Part shown: positions 8,471 to 18,132 of the stretch, piece after piece
Numbering within the stretch: position 1 is the first letter of the stretch
How the letters are laid out: each line of letters starts with the position of its first letter
Assembly (NCBI GenBank): GCA_032128875.1
Contig: JAVLKG010000004.1
Span: forward strand, 160,001-224,000
Source of the DNA: Candidatus Melainabacteria bacterium 17Bon1m
GTDB lineage: Bacteria; Cyanobacteriota; Vampirovibrionia; Obscuribacterales; Obscuribacteraceae
DNA length: 64,000 bases
Direction: 5' to 3'
Translations under genes and position numbers: made by a program
Notes under the pieces: model-generated
Seen by the model: only the letters and a program-made list of their open reading frames with translations
Databases searched by the model: none
What the model was told of the DNA's origin: nothing

Positions 8471-9520
8471 TTAAATTACGCCGGCTCGCAGCAAGTCTTT
8501 TAAGTGAATAAGACCTTCTGGCCTTGAGTGTTCATCGAGAATAATCAAGTCGGAAATCGCATGCTTTTCCATCAACTTTAGTGCTTCAACTGCAAGAGCA
8601 TCAGAGCTGATTGTTTTCGGATTTGCAGTGGAAATCTCTGTTGCTAGTTTCTCAAATGCATCGTGTCCGAATTTGACGAGCGATCTTCTCAAGTCACCGT
8701 CGGTGATTATGCCTTTTAGGCGCTGCTGTTCGTCCACGACAACGGCAAAGCCGAGGCGCTTTGAATCAATTTCTGCAAGCACTTCATTGTAATTTGCAGT
8801 CTGCGAAACTTGAGGCATTTGTAATCCGACGCGCATTACGTCGCGCACAGAAACAAGTTGTTGACCAAGCGAACCGCCCGGATGGCGGCGAGCGAAATCC
8901 TCAGCGCGGAATCCTTTTCTCGTCATGAGCACAATCGCCATAGCGTCTGCCATCGCCAATGTTGCTGTTGTAGATGTTGTCGGTGCCAGATTGAATGGGC
9001 AAGCTTCTCTGTCGATGCCGACGTCGATAACTACTTCACTGTGCTTTGCCAGAGTCGATTGTGTCCCGCCAGTCAACGAAATTACCTTGAGTCCCATTCG
9101 TTTGATAGGGTCGAGAACTTGTTTGATTTCGGATGTCTCTCCGGAATACGAGAGCGCAATCACAAGATCTCTTTCTTCCAGCATTCCGAAATCGCCATGG
9201 CGCAGTTCTGCCGGATGAACAAAGAATGCTGGTGTACCGGTCGAGGCGAGGGTAGCTGCAATCTTGTTGCCGATGTGCCCCGACTTGCCGATGCCCGTAA
9301 CAACTACTTTGCCCTGGCAGCCCAAAAGCAGCTCGATTGCGTGCTCGAATGAATCACCTAAGCGGTCGGCTATGGCTCGCAGCGCGTCGGCTTCCATGTT
9401 GAGCACACGTTTTGCTTGCTCCACCAGCGGCTCTCTCGATGAAGCGGGTGGGCAGTCTGCTAAATAGGTTTCCGGAGCAAAAGTGCTCTGGCTGAGATTT
9501 GCGTCTTGTGGGTTTGCCAT
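8471..9520 (-). CDS. kdsD: Arabinose-5-phosphate isomerase (KpsF/GutQ family, SIS + 2 CBS)
   Basis: GIGKSGHIG.KIAATLASTGTP, HGDFG, APTTST and HPGGSLG motifs; CBS motif GIITDGDLRR. Confidence 0.95.
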   Translation of the reverse strand: MANPQDANLSQSTFAPETYLADCPPASSREPLVEQAKRVLNMEADALRAIADRLGDSFEHAIELLLGCQGKVVVTGIGKSGHIGNKIAATLASTGTPAFFVHPAELRHGDFGMLEERDLVIALSYSGETSEIKQVLDPIKRMGLKVISLTGGTQSTLAKHSEVVIDVGIDREACPFNLAPTTSTTATLAMADAMAIVLMTRKGFRAEDFARRHPGGSLGQQLVSVRDVMRVGLQMPQVSQTANYNEVLAEIDSKRLGFAVVVDEQQRLKGIITDGDLRRSLVKFGHDAFEKLATEISTANPKTISSDALAVEALKLMEKHAISDLIILDEHSRPEGLIHLKDLLRAGVI

Positions 9521-9826
9521 TCGTATAAAAATCCAGCTGGGCTGACAAGGAATTGAGGAATGCCAGATATACCGGCATCATAACTATCGAAGAGATTCTA
9601 CCTGGTGTTGCCAGTGGCTACTTTGGAAGGAATTCAAGCTGTCGCCAAAAACATATTGTCAAGAAGTCTTGAGCTCCAACTGGTGGGTGTTTTGCAGATC
9701 TTACTTTTCATTTTTATGTAACATCTGAGTCTAAGTTAAATCTCAGTTTTATATGTACAAGCAACGTTTCTGCTGAGAATTTGGGCAATTTCTATTTAGT
9801 GGGCTCTGGAAACCGTCTCTAAGAAT

Positions 9827-12211
9827 ATGCCGGCAATCTTCTCTCGGGGAGAGAAACTAGAAAACGGACACTATACCGTCGTCAAGGAAATTGGCGTGGG
9901 TGGGATGGGTGTTGTGTATCATTGCCGCGATGAGCTGCTCACGCGCGATGTCGCTATTAAGATGCTCTTGCCGGAGTTGATGTCTGACAAGAAGAATCTT
10001 GAGGTCTTTCGTCAGGAAGCCAGACTGGCCGCTCAGCTCGAGCATCCCAACTTGGTGACAGTCTACGACATCGGAGTTGAAGAACGGCACGGAAAGCAAC
10101 ATCACTTCCTGGCAATGGAGTATCTAACAGGCGGCAACCTGGCAATTCGTTTGCAGGATTCAGCGCTCTCTCTCGAGCACGCGCTCAATTGGATGAAACA
10201 GCTCGCCTCTGGCATTTCCTTTGCCCACAAGCGCGGAGTTATCCACCAGGACATCAAAGCGGACAACATCTTCATCACCAATGAAGGCGATCTGAAGATC
10301 GGAGACTTCGGGCTAGCTCGTTTGCTTGCCGGCAGGGTCGGCGCCGGCAATACCAAAATTATGGGCACGCCTGCCTACATGTCACCGGAACTCGCTCGCG
10401 GCGAGCCACAGGATCACCGCTCCGACATTTATTCGTTGGGCGTTCTGTTTTTCGAAATGGCTACCGGCAGTTTGCCCTTCAGAGCCAAAGGCATGATCGA
10501 AATGGCAATGAAGCATGCCACCGCTGCCATTCCTTCTATACGCCGACAAAATCCGGAAGCGCCCGAGATACTCGATAAAGTAATTCGTCGAATGATGGCG
10601 AAGATGGCGGAAGACCGTTATCAGAGCGCAGCAGATATTTTAGACATTATTGATGAGCTGATTTTCGAATTACGCGTTCAACGGCTCGGTATCAGTTCTA
10701 ATCGTCCGTTACTTAAATCCGGCGATGTATTGCAGGATGCTCTCGACCAAAGAGATGCCCGCAGTTCTGGAGCTAACCGAGCAGTTCAGGCTCCTGATGT
10801 TTTGCCGAGCATGCAGAACAAACAAATTCCTAAAGTCGACAAAGCAAAATCACCGCTCCACCTGGAGTCGACACTCGAATTAGACAGAGAAAAAGAACTA
10901 CTCGAAGCTCAGGAGCGCGAAGACAGAGCCAGTGCAGCAAAGTGGCAGATGGCTGCAGACGCTGCCGCAAAGACCCCAGAGTCGAGAGTTGCTGATAAAT
11001 CGGGCAATGCAGATGATGCTAAGAAAGGTGAATTTAAGGCTCAAGAAAAGGCTCCCACTACAAACATTCAAGTTCCACCTAAGCATGCCGAACCCGTTGC
11101 AATGCCGTCGGCAAGCGAGAGTCAGCAAGCGCCGTCTCCCAAGCCTCCTTTTTCTCCAGCAAAGGCTACTTCTGGACACTCTAATCAGTCACTTCAAAAA
11201 CTTAGGGTTTCGCTGGCTACTGAATGGGTGTTTAAGACAAAAGGACCAATCGGTTGGTTAGCGCACCCACTGATTGATCGCAGCGAAAAGATTATCTTCC
11301 TTGCATCCTGTGATGGCAATCTTTATGCACTCGATTTGCGAGGAGGCAACAAGCTCTGGAATCATCAAATGAAAGAGCCTATATTGTCGGCACCAGTCAC
11401 CATCGGTAATTATGTCTTTGTAAGTGCGGCGTCGGGAGAGACATTTTGTCTTGATTCTTATACGGGCAAAGTTATCTGGAATAAGAATCTAAATGCCAAG
11501 ACAGTAGCCTCCTTGGCCGTCGTTAAAGAATCAGCATTGCTCGTTGCTAGCGGAAATGAGTTGCGCGCGCTTGACGTTCGCTCTGGAGAGGTTCTTTGGT
11601 TTTACTCCGCAGCAGCTCCTATCGTCGCTACCCCATTGGTGCAGGGGGATACTGTGCTGGTCGGCACCAAAGATGGTGACTTACATGCGGTCACTGCTTC
11701 GAAAGGCAATTTTATCTGGAAGTTCCGAGGTGAAGGTGCCATCATCTCTTCGCCATTCGCGTCTGTCGATACTGCTTATGTCGGCACCAAGACCGGTAAT
11801 TTCTATGCTTTGGAGAGCAGCCATGGTGCGATGGTTTGGGAGTATCCTGCTAACGGACGCATCGTAAGCAAAGGAACAATCGTTTTCACATCGGTCGTAT
11901 TTGCCAGCCAAGACAGGTGGTTGTATTGCTGCGAAAAATATGACGGCAGACTCAAATGGAAAGCGGCATTAAAAGGCAGAGTATCTGCAGATCTCTGTAC
12001 GTATAAAGGGAAGATCATTTGCGCAACTGAAGATGGTTGGTTGCAAACCTTTTCTGCATCTACCGGTCAATTGAAATGGCAGACGGATATTAGCCGAAAA
12101 ATTCAATCACCACCGCTGGTGGCTAATAATACGCTATACGTAGGTACAGTCGAAGGCGAATTGCACGCCTATTCTCTTTCATCCACCGATAATTCGGAGC
12201 GGACTGCATAA
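9827..12211 (+). CDS. Ser/Thr protein kinase with C-terminal PQQ-like beta-propeller repeats
   Basis: GVGGMG, VAIK, HQDIK, DFG and GTPAYMSPE motifs; repeated LYALD..G...W blades. Confidence 0.93.
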   Translation: MPAIFSRGEKLENGHYTVVKEIGVGGMGVVYHCRDELLTRDVAIKMLLPELMSDKKNLEVFRQEARLAAQLEHPNLVTVYDIGVEERHGKQHHFLAMEYLTGGNLAIRLQDSALSLEHALNWMKQLASGISFAHKRGVIHQDIKADNIFITNEGDLKIGDFGLARLLAGRVGAGNTKIMGTPAYMSPELARGEPQDHRSDIYSLGVLFFEMATGSLPFRAKGMIEMAMKHATAAIPSIRRQNPEAPEILDKVIRRMMAKMAEDRYQSAADILDIIDELIFELRVQRLGISSNRPLLKSGDVLQDALDQRDARSSGANRAVQAPDVLPSMQNKQIPKVDKAKSPLHLESTLELDREKELLEAQEREDRASAAKWQMAADAAAKTPESRVADKSGNADDAKKGEFKAQEKAPTTNIQVPPKHAEPVAMPSASESQQAPSPKPPFSPAKATSGHSNQSLQKLRVSLATEWVFKTKGPIGWLAHPLIDRSEKIIFLASCDGNLYALDLRGGNKLWNHQMKEPILSAPVTIGNYVFVSAASGETFCLDSYTGKVIWNKNLNAKTVASLAVVKESALLVASGNELRALDVRSGEVLWFYSAAAPIVATPLVQGDTVLVGTKDGDLHAVTASKGNFIWKFRGEGAIISSPFASVDTAYVGTKTGNFYALESSHGAMVWEYPANGRIVSKGTIVFTSVVFASQDRWLYCCEKYDGRLKWKAALKGRVSADLCTYKGKIICATEDGWLQTFSASTGQLKWQTDISRKIQSPPLVANNTLYVGTVEGELHAYSLSSTDNSERTA

Positions 12212-12214
12212 CGT

Positions 12215-13117
12215 CTAGTGCGTAGTTTGAAAGATTCTATCTAGCAGAATTGCAAAGAACGCAAGAATACTCACCACGCCGTTTACGTTGAAAAATGCTG
12301 CATTCACTTTGCTCAAATCATTTGCTTTGACCAGGCTGTGTTCGTAAAAGAGCATCACTCCTATCATTAAGAGTCCAGCCCAGTAGGCGATTCCAGCATT
12401 TATCTGCAATCCCAAGAGCGACATTGCCGTTACCGTCACTACATGCAGTGCAGTCGAAATATTCAGCGCCGAGGCAATTCCAAAACGTGACGGAATGCTA
12501 TGCAGCTTTTCTTTCTTGTCGATATCGAAATCCTGGCATGCATAAATGATGTCAAAACCGGCTACCCAGGTGCTTACGGCAAGCGCAAGAAGCCATGGCG
12601 CGGCACTGTCCAACATCCCTCCTGCTGCTACCCAACCTCCCAGGGCTGCACCACCAAGTGCGATGCCCAGCACGATGTGGCAAAGCCAGGTAATTCGTTT
12701 TGTATAGGAATAAAAACTCAGCCAGAAAAGAGCGATAGGAGAAAGATAGAGGCAAAGCGGCGGCAAATGTGAAGCTGCGAACAACATAATCAGGAATGAG
12801 AGCACAGCAAAGATCGCCGCGTGCATACCTTTTATTCGTCCGGCTGGTATGGCGCGGCTGCTGGTGCGCGGGTTACGTGCGTCAATTTTTGAATCTATTA
12901 ATCGATTCAGAGTCATCGCACCTGCGCGGGCGCCAGTAAATGCGAGAACTGTCCAAAAGACCACATCCCAGCCGGGCAGTTTTTGCGATGCCAAAACAAG
13001 ACCAGAGAGCGCAAAAGGTAGCGCGAACACTGTGTGCTCGAGCTTGATCATTTCCGTCCACTCTTTTGTGGTCGTCGTTAGATCTAGAGTTTTAGCGGTT
13101 TTGTTACTTACGGTCAC
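12215..13117 (-). CDS. mqnP: UbiA-family polyprenyltransferase, MqnP type (futalosine menaquinone pathway)
   Basis: MIKLEHTVFALPF, NRLIDSKIDARNPRT..R, GFDIIYACQD and AFFNVNG motifs; start taken at GTG 13117. Confidence 0.85.
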   Translation of the reverse strand: MTVSNKTAKTLDLTTTTKEWTEMIKLEHTVFALPFALSGLVLASQKLPGWDVVFWTVLAFTGARAGAMTLNRLIDSKIDARNPRTSSRAIPAGRIKGMHAAIFAVLSFLIMLFAASHLPPLCLYLSPIALFWLSFYSYTKRITWLCHIVLGIALGGAALGGWVAAGGMLDSAAPWLLALAVSTWVAGFDIIYACQDFDIDKKEKLHSIPSRFGIASALNISTALHVVTVTAMSLLGLQINAGIAYWAGLLMIGVMLFYEHSLVKANDLSKVNAAFFNVNGVVSILAFFAILLDRIFQTTH

Positions 13118-13442
13118 GGTGTAGCAAATGTTTTGGTCGCGCCTTATTTTACGCCAGCAGTTTACGACATCAACGGCTGTGCACGTTCTCTTGATTGTCA
13201 TGGGGCGCAGGGGTGGCGCTTTTGCCGCTCCAATCAGTTAAAAACCCTGTAATAGACAGCGTCTTTTGAATTGTCAGTATGTGTCGTGGCTTACAAATCG
13301 GCTTTGTGAGCCGATTATCAAGCGGGTTCTACTTGAATATTTGACATGTAGCTGAGATGATGATTTAACGGCGAAAAGCACAGTATTTCTGTTGTATGCC
13401 GCTTACATAACCCATCAATAAGCAATCGCTTTATTCGAGAGG

Positions 13443-13994
13443 ATGTCATTGAGTATGAGCTCCGATGTTCCGTCACCAGCCCCAGCAAAGAATGCTCAGG
13501 GCACAACAATTGATCTTCAAGGCGTTGCGGCATTTGCCCGCCTCGTAGAGTTGCTTGCTCAAGAATTGGGCACCAATCCCGGTAAGATGCAGGGCAACCT
13601 TCCCACAGGACCAGCCGCGTTCAATCAATTGATTGGCGAATTCGAGCTTAATAACTCAGGATTCAATCGCAAACTGACTATATTGTCTCAGCCCGGCTCG
13701 CCCCTCACTCTTCGTTTCCAAAGCTCCCATAGCGAAAATCGTGGAGAAAAGGGCACCACTCCATTGCAGATTGTTTCTGACTTTTACATTGCTGCCGCTG
13801 TTGAAGATGTAGTACCGCAAGGTCGCGCTTTGGCTCGATACTGCGAAGACATTTTCACCATTCTCGACAGAATGGTTACGCTCGGACATTCCAATAAGCT
13901 GCAAGGAATGAACGTTTCTGCTGCTGAAATTGAAGCGTTCGAATATGGTGAGGCCGGCAATTTGGTCCGCCAATCAACCCGCGCTTCACTCTAA
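13443..13994 (+). CDS. Hypothetical protein
   Basis: 183-aa ORF filling the intergenic space; no recognised motif. Confidence 0.7.
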   Translation: MSLSMSSDVPSPAPAKNAQGTTIDLQGVAAFARLVELLAQELGTNPGKMQGNLPTGPAAFNQLIGEFELNNSGFNRKLTILSQPGSPLTLRFQSSHSENRGEKGTTPLQIVSDFYIAAAVEDVVPQGRALARYCEDIFTILDRMVTLGHSNKLQGMNVSAAEIEAFEYGEAGNLVRQSTRASL

Positions 13995-14055
13995 ATTAAG
14001 TCCACCGTTTTTGTGTCGATATCAAATGGGAGTTTTGCTCCCTAAGTAAGGAACT

Positions 14056-14337
14056 ATGCAAACAGATAACAGCACTGTCACGGCTTCGATTGAGTCAACC
14101 GAACCGCGCGTCAAACAGTTCATCACTAAAAAATTCAAGATTGAATTTTCTGATCAGGTAAATGATGACACCGACTTCTTTGCAGAGGGGCTCATCGATT
14201 CCTACGGTTTTCTTGAACTTGTTAAATGGCTCGAAGGCGAATTCAAGATACGTTTTGAAGATGAAGAGTTGTTCGCCGGCAATTTGAATACGGCGAAAAA
14301 CATCACTCAAACGATCGTGAAAAAGATCAATTCTTAG
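14056..14337 (+). CDS. Acyl carrier protein (DltC-like)
   Basis: Acidic 93-aa protein with the GLIDSYG phosphopantetheine site. Confidence 0.9.
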   Translation: MQTDNSTVTASIESTEPRVKQFITKKFKIEFSDQVNDDTDFFAEGLIDSYGFLELVKWLEGEFKIRFEDEELFAGNLNTAKNITQTIVKKINS

Positions 14338-14383
14338 ACCCTTTGACCGATAGCGCACGGCGCATACCTTGGAGATTTTGCAT

Positions 14384-15319
14384 ATGGAGAGTGGGGCTGG
14401 TAAGCTGGCGCTCCTGTTTCCCGGTCAGGGTGCGCACGCACCGAAGATGCTGGACGGTTATTTTTCGGATAAATCCTTCGATGATTACTATGGGGTAATC
14501 GTCGATGAGTTAGGTTACGCGCCCCTTGAGGCGGTGGATAAGAATCCGGAAGTGTTCAACAGTCATTTGCTCAGTTCGTTGTTCACGATTCTGGCAAGCA
14601 AATTGTCGCTCGAACGATTTTTGAAAGCTGGACTCGGAAAGCCTGAGTATTTCGCTGGTTACAGCGTCGGTCAGTTCATGGCGCTGCATGCTGCTTCCTG
14701 TTTCGATTTTCCTTTTCTGGTTAAGTTGACTAATGCTCGTTCAACTTTTCTGGACGAATGCGCTCAATCAACGCCTGGTGCGATGCTTGCCATTGTTGGA
14801 CCGGCCTTGCCTGATATAGAGCCTGTAATTACGTCGTTGCAACAGGCTGGAGAAGAGATTTTCATCAGCAATATCAATTGTCTCGGGCAATATTCTCTTG
14901 CCGGCAGCAAGCAGGCAGTGAAAATTGCGATGGAGAAGCTGGCGGAGTTTTCCCCCAAGCGCTTGCAAGAATTACCTGTTGCCGGGGCGTGGCATTGCCC
15001 TCTCGTCGCTGCGGCGGGGCAAAAGTTTTCCGCTTATTTGGAAAATTGCGATTGGAAAGCGCCTCAGGTTCCTGTTATTAACAACGTCACAGGAGAGCTT
15101 TTGCCAACCGAAATTACAGCGCAAAAGAAGGAATTGGTCAGTCATGTTACTTCTGCTGTTCAATGGAGCGCGGGTGTAAAGACCCTGGTGAATCTCGGCT
15201 GTGATCGTTTTGTAGAAGTTGGATATGGAAATGTTCTAACCAAATTCGGTTTTTTCATTGATCGACAGGCCGAATTCTCAGCCTATTGCGGCGATGAACT
15301 GGCCAAAGCTAAGTCCTAA
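14384..15319 (+). CDS. ACP S-acyl(malonyl)transferase, FabD-like
   Basis: LFPGQG, GYSVG nucleophile elbow, conserved Arg, GAWH and EVGYG motifs. Confidence 0.88.
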   Translation: MESGAGKLALLFPGQGAHAPKMLDGYFSDKSFDDYYGVIVDELGYAPLEAVDKNPEVFNSHLLSSLFTILASKLSLERFLKAGLGKPEYFAGYSVGQFMALHAASCFDFPFLVKLTNARSTFLDECAQSTPGAMLAIVGPALPDIEPVITSLQQAGEEIFISNINCLGQYSLAGSKQAVKIAMEKLAEFSPKRLQELPVAGAWHCPLVAAAGQKFSAYLENCDWKAPQVPVINNVTGELLPTEITAQKKELVSHVTSAVQWSAGVKTLVNLGCDRFVEVGYGNVLTKFGFFIDRQAEFSAYCGDELAKAKS

Positions 15320-15422
15320 GTTTTCGCTCATCTTGAATTCGCAAAGAACAGGCACATTGGGCGTTCTCGAGTGCTTTACATGTTAAAATTGGGGGCTTCT
15401 GCGAGTAACAAAACTCCGCCCT

Positions 15423-16880
15423 ATGCTGTTTTCCAGCCTCGAATATTTGTTTTTCCTGCCAACGGTAGTCTTGGCGTTTTGGCTTAGCCCTAAGCCATTT
15501 CGCCTGCCGCTTTTGCTTTTGGCCAGCTACATCTTCTACATGAGCTGGAATCCAATCATGGTGCTGCTTGTAATTGCCATGACTGTTTTCAATTTCTACT
15601 GGGGCAAACTCATCCACACTGGCGGTGAAAAGCCTAGGAAGAAAAAACTGCTGATTATCGGCTTGGCGGCCAACCTCTTATGCCTGGCTTACTTCAAATA
15701 TGCCAATTTCTTCATTGATTCTGCATTGAGTGCATACAACCTTGTCGGTCACCAGAATGCGCATTTTGCGCTCAACATCATTCTGCCGTTGGGAATTTCG
15801 TTCTTCGTCTTTGAGTTTGTTCACTACTTGGTCGACATCTATCGAGGCAACAAACCACTTGATTCGTTCACGCTTTTCGCTTTGTTTGCCGCCTTCTTTC
15901 CGACGCAAATTGCCGGACCCATCAAGCGCTATCAAGATTTTTCCAAACAAATTCAAGAAGAGAAAAAATTCCAGCTTTCCTATCTTGATGAAGGCGTGCC
16001 GCTGATCATCCTGGGCTTGGCGAAGAAAGTGCTGATTGCCAACAATCTGGCGACTGTTGTCGACATGATGGCAAATACCATCAGCTCCTATTCCGCTCCG
16101 GAGCTGTGGGTTTTCGCATACGCATTTGCGTTTCAAGTGTATTTTGATTTTTCCGGCTATACAGACATTGCAAGAGGCTCTGCAATGCTCTTCGGTTATC
16201 GAATTCCGCTCAACTTCAATTTACCTTTCATAGCAAGCAGCATGTCTGATCTATGGCGCCGTTGGCATATGAGTTTGACCACCTGGCTTCGTGATTATTT
16301 GTTGATACCGATCTCCGGGTTTCGCGGCTCACATACGCGTTTTGCAATTGCAACCCTGATCACAATGACGATATGCGGTTTGTGGCATGGAGCATCGTGG
16401 AATTTCGTCTTGTGGGGCTTCTATTTCGGTGTCTGTCTGGTCATCAACAATTACTTCAAGCGCTGGCGAGACAACACAGAGTTTCTCAAATCGTTTTTTG
16501 AGAGTAAGTATTTCAATTGGCTGTCGATATTTTTGACGTTTCAGACATTTTGCTTGGGCGCTGTCATATTCAGAATTCACGACCTTAAGACAGACTTTGC
16601 CCTAATGAAGAAAATGCTGACGCTCACGCCGTTTCATGGAACCAATATTGGTGGGCAGTACATATTAGCCAGACCCGAATTGCCTGTCTTTGTGCCAGTT
16701 GTGTTGTGCATAGTCGCTGCACTGCTTTTAGCCAACATTCCCGTAAGCAAATTGCAAGAGTCCGGTTTATTAAAGCGCGTGCCTGTTCCCATCAGGGCAT
16801 CATATATGGTGCTGCTGGTTTTTATCATGCTCATTTTTGTTCCACGTAGTTCTAGCCCCTTCATTTACTTCCAGTTTTAG
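15423..16880 (+). CDS. MBOAT family O-acyltransferase (AlgI/DltB/PatA)
   Basis: LPLGISFF, FFP...AGPI, YFDFSGYTDIA, WRRWH and GLWHGA motifs; C-terminal FIYFQF. Confidence 0.95.
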   Translation: MLFSSLEYLFFLPTVVLAFWLSPKPFRLPLLLLASYIFYMSWNPIMVLLVIAMTVFNFYWGKLIHTGGEKPRKKKLLIIGLAANLLCLAYFKYANFFIDSALSAYNLVGHQNAHFALNIILPLGISFFVFEFVHYLVDIYRGNKPLDSFTLFALFAAFFPTQIAGPIKRYQDFSKQIQEEKKFQLSYLDEGVPLIILGLAKKVLIANNLATVVDMMANTISSYSAPELWVFAYAFAFQVYFDFSGYTDIARGSAMLFGYRIPLNFNLPFIASSMSDLWRRWHMSLTTWLRDYLLIPISGFRGSHTRFAIATLITMTICGLWHGASWNFVLWGFYFGVCLVINNYFKRWRDNTEFLKSFFESKYFNWLSIFLTFQTFCLGAVIFRIHDLKTDFALMKKMLTLTPFHGTNIGGQYILARPELPVFVPVVLCIVAALLLANIPVSKLQESGLLKRVPVPIRASYMVLLVFIMLIFVPRSSSPFIYFQF

Positions 16881-16882
16881 AT

Positions 16883-18106
16883 ATGACTGTCGCAACTCCA
16901 CCAAAATCTACTGATGAAAAGGTTGCCGACATCAAGTCGGGCAAGGCGAAGAATGCTTTGCTTTCGAGCATGTTCATCTGGATAGTGGTGCTCTTTATTG
17001 CAACTGGTGAGGTTATTCGCCCTTTTTACAAACTCGTAGACACTGGGTTTGCAGAAAAGCTGAGAACCTTCTATCAGTCTGACAGGCATCCTGACGCTCT
17101 TCTGCTGGGTTCATCAGTGGCGTTTCCTTCTTCATTTGACTGTGATGCTTCAATCGGTGTTCTTACCGATAAAGATCTGAAGAGCAATTATCATGGCGCG
17201 GTGCAGCTTCAGAAATCAATTGAAGCAAGCACTGGCAAGAAATTCACTCTGGAGAACCTTGCTTGCTTCGGGGCGATGGCAAACCAAGCATGGCTGGAAG
17301 CAGAAAAGCTAGTCGAGTTTCAAAAATCTCCGAAGGTGATCATCTATGAGATGGTATCTCGTGACCTATTCGATGCCAGCATGCCTCGAAGCTTTGAATC
17401 TGAATACTATCGTGTCCTTTCTTTCCTGCATCCGAAGAGTTCCAGCAATAGTAATCCGTTTCAATCGATTGGCGATTCGATAGGGAATAGCCATGTCGTA
17501 ACTCTGATCAGGAATTTGATTTCTGATCCTGAAACGTTGAAGAATTCTGATCGGCTGCGCTTTGAGTTCGATTCTGCTCTTGGTGCAATGGTTTGTGTTT
17601 ATCAACATCGTTTTGAAATTTTAGGTCAACTCTCTAACTCAGTTTCAGATCTCTTTTCTCGTCAATCTGCTATGGAAGGAGCTCTCTCTAAAGTCGAAAT
17701 TGAGAACAAAAGAAAAAATCCATTTGCGAAAGTCTCCGCACAACGTGTAGAAACCTATGTTGTCGATTCATCACCTCAATTAGGACGTTTTGAAGATGAG
17801 AAGGTTTATTTCTTGAAGTTCGTGCAACTTTGCAAGCAGAACAAGATTCAGCTAATCGTCGTAAACATGCCTGTCACTGAGGAATACGACAAGCTTGTGC
17901 CGACTGAAATTAAGGCGCGTTGGCCCAAAGAAGCCAGGCAGTCCGTGGAAAGCGCGGGCTTTGCGTTCATCGACTTTGACGACAAGAAAGTCTTCCCAAA
18001 GAGTTGCTTCGTCGACATGGCACACCTGAACCTAACTGGTGCTTTAAAAGTGAACGAACTACTTTCCAAAGAAATTGCCAAACGCAATCTTTTAAAAGAC
18101 ATGTAA
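16883..18106 (+). CDS. SGNH-like periplasmic acyltransferase (DltD/AlgJ/DUF1574-like)
   Basis: N-terminal TM anchor, LLGSS and C-terminal DMAHLN (DxxH); starts 2 nt after the MBOAT stop. Confidence 0.8.
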   Translation: MTVATPPKSTDEKVADIKSGKAKNALLSSMFIWIVVLFIATGEVIRPFYKLVDTGFAEKLRTFYQSDRHPDALLLGSSVAFPSSFDCDASIGVLTDKDLKSNYHGAVQLQKSIEASTGKKFTLENLACFGAMANQAWLEAEKLVEFQKSPKVIIYEMVSRDLFDASMPRSFESEYYRVLSFLHPKSSSNSNPFQSIGDSIGNSHVVTLIRNLISDPETLKNSDRLRFEFDSALGAMVCVYQHRFEILGQLSNSVSDLFSRQSAMEGALSKVEIENKRKNPFAKVSAQRVETYVVDSSPQLGRFEDEKVYFLKFVQLCKQNKIQLIVVNMPVTEEYDKLVPTEIKARWPKEARQSVESAGFAFIDFDDKKVFPKSCFVDMAHLNLTGALKVNELLSKEIAKRNLLKDM

Positions 18107-18132
18107 GAGCGCTGTGTGTAAAGCGCCGGCTC

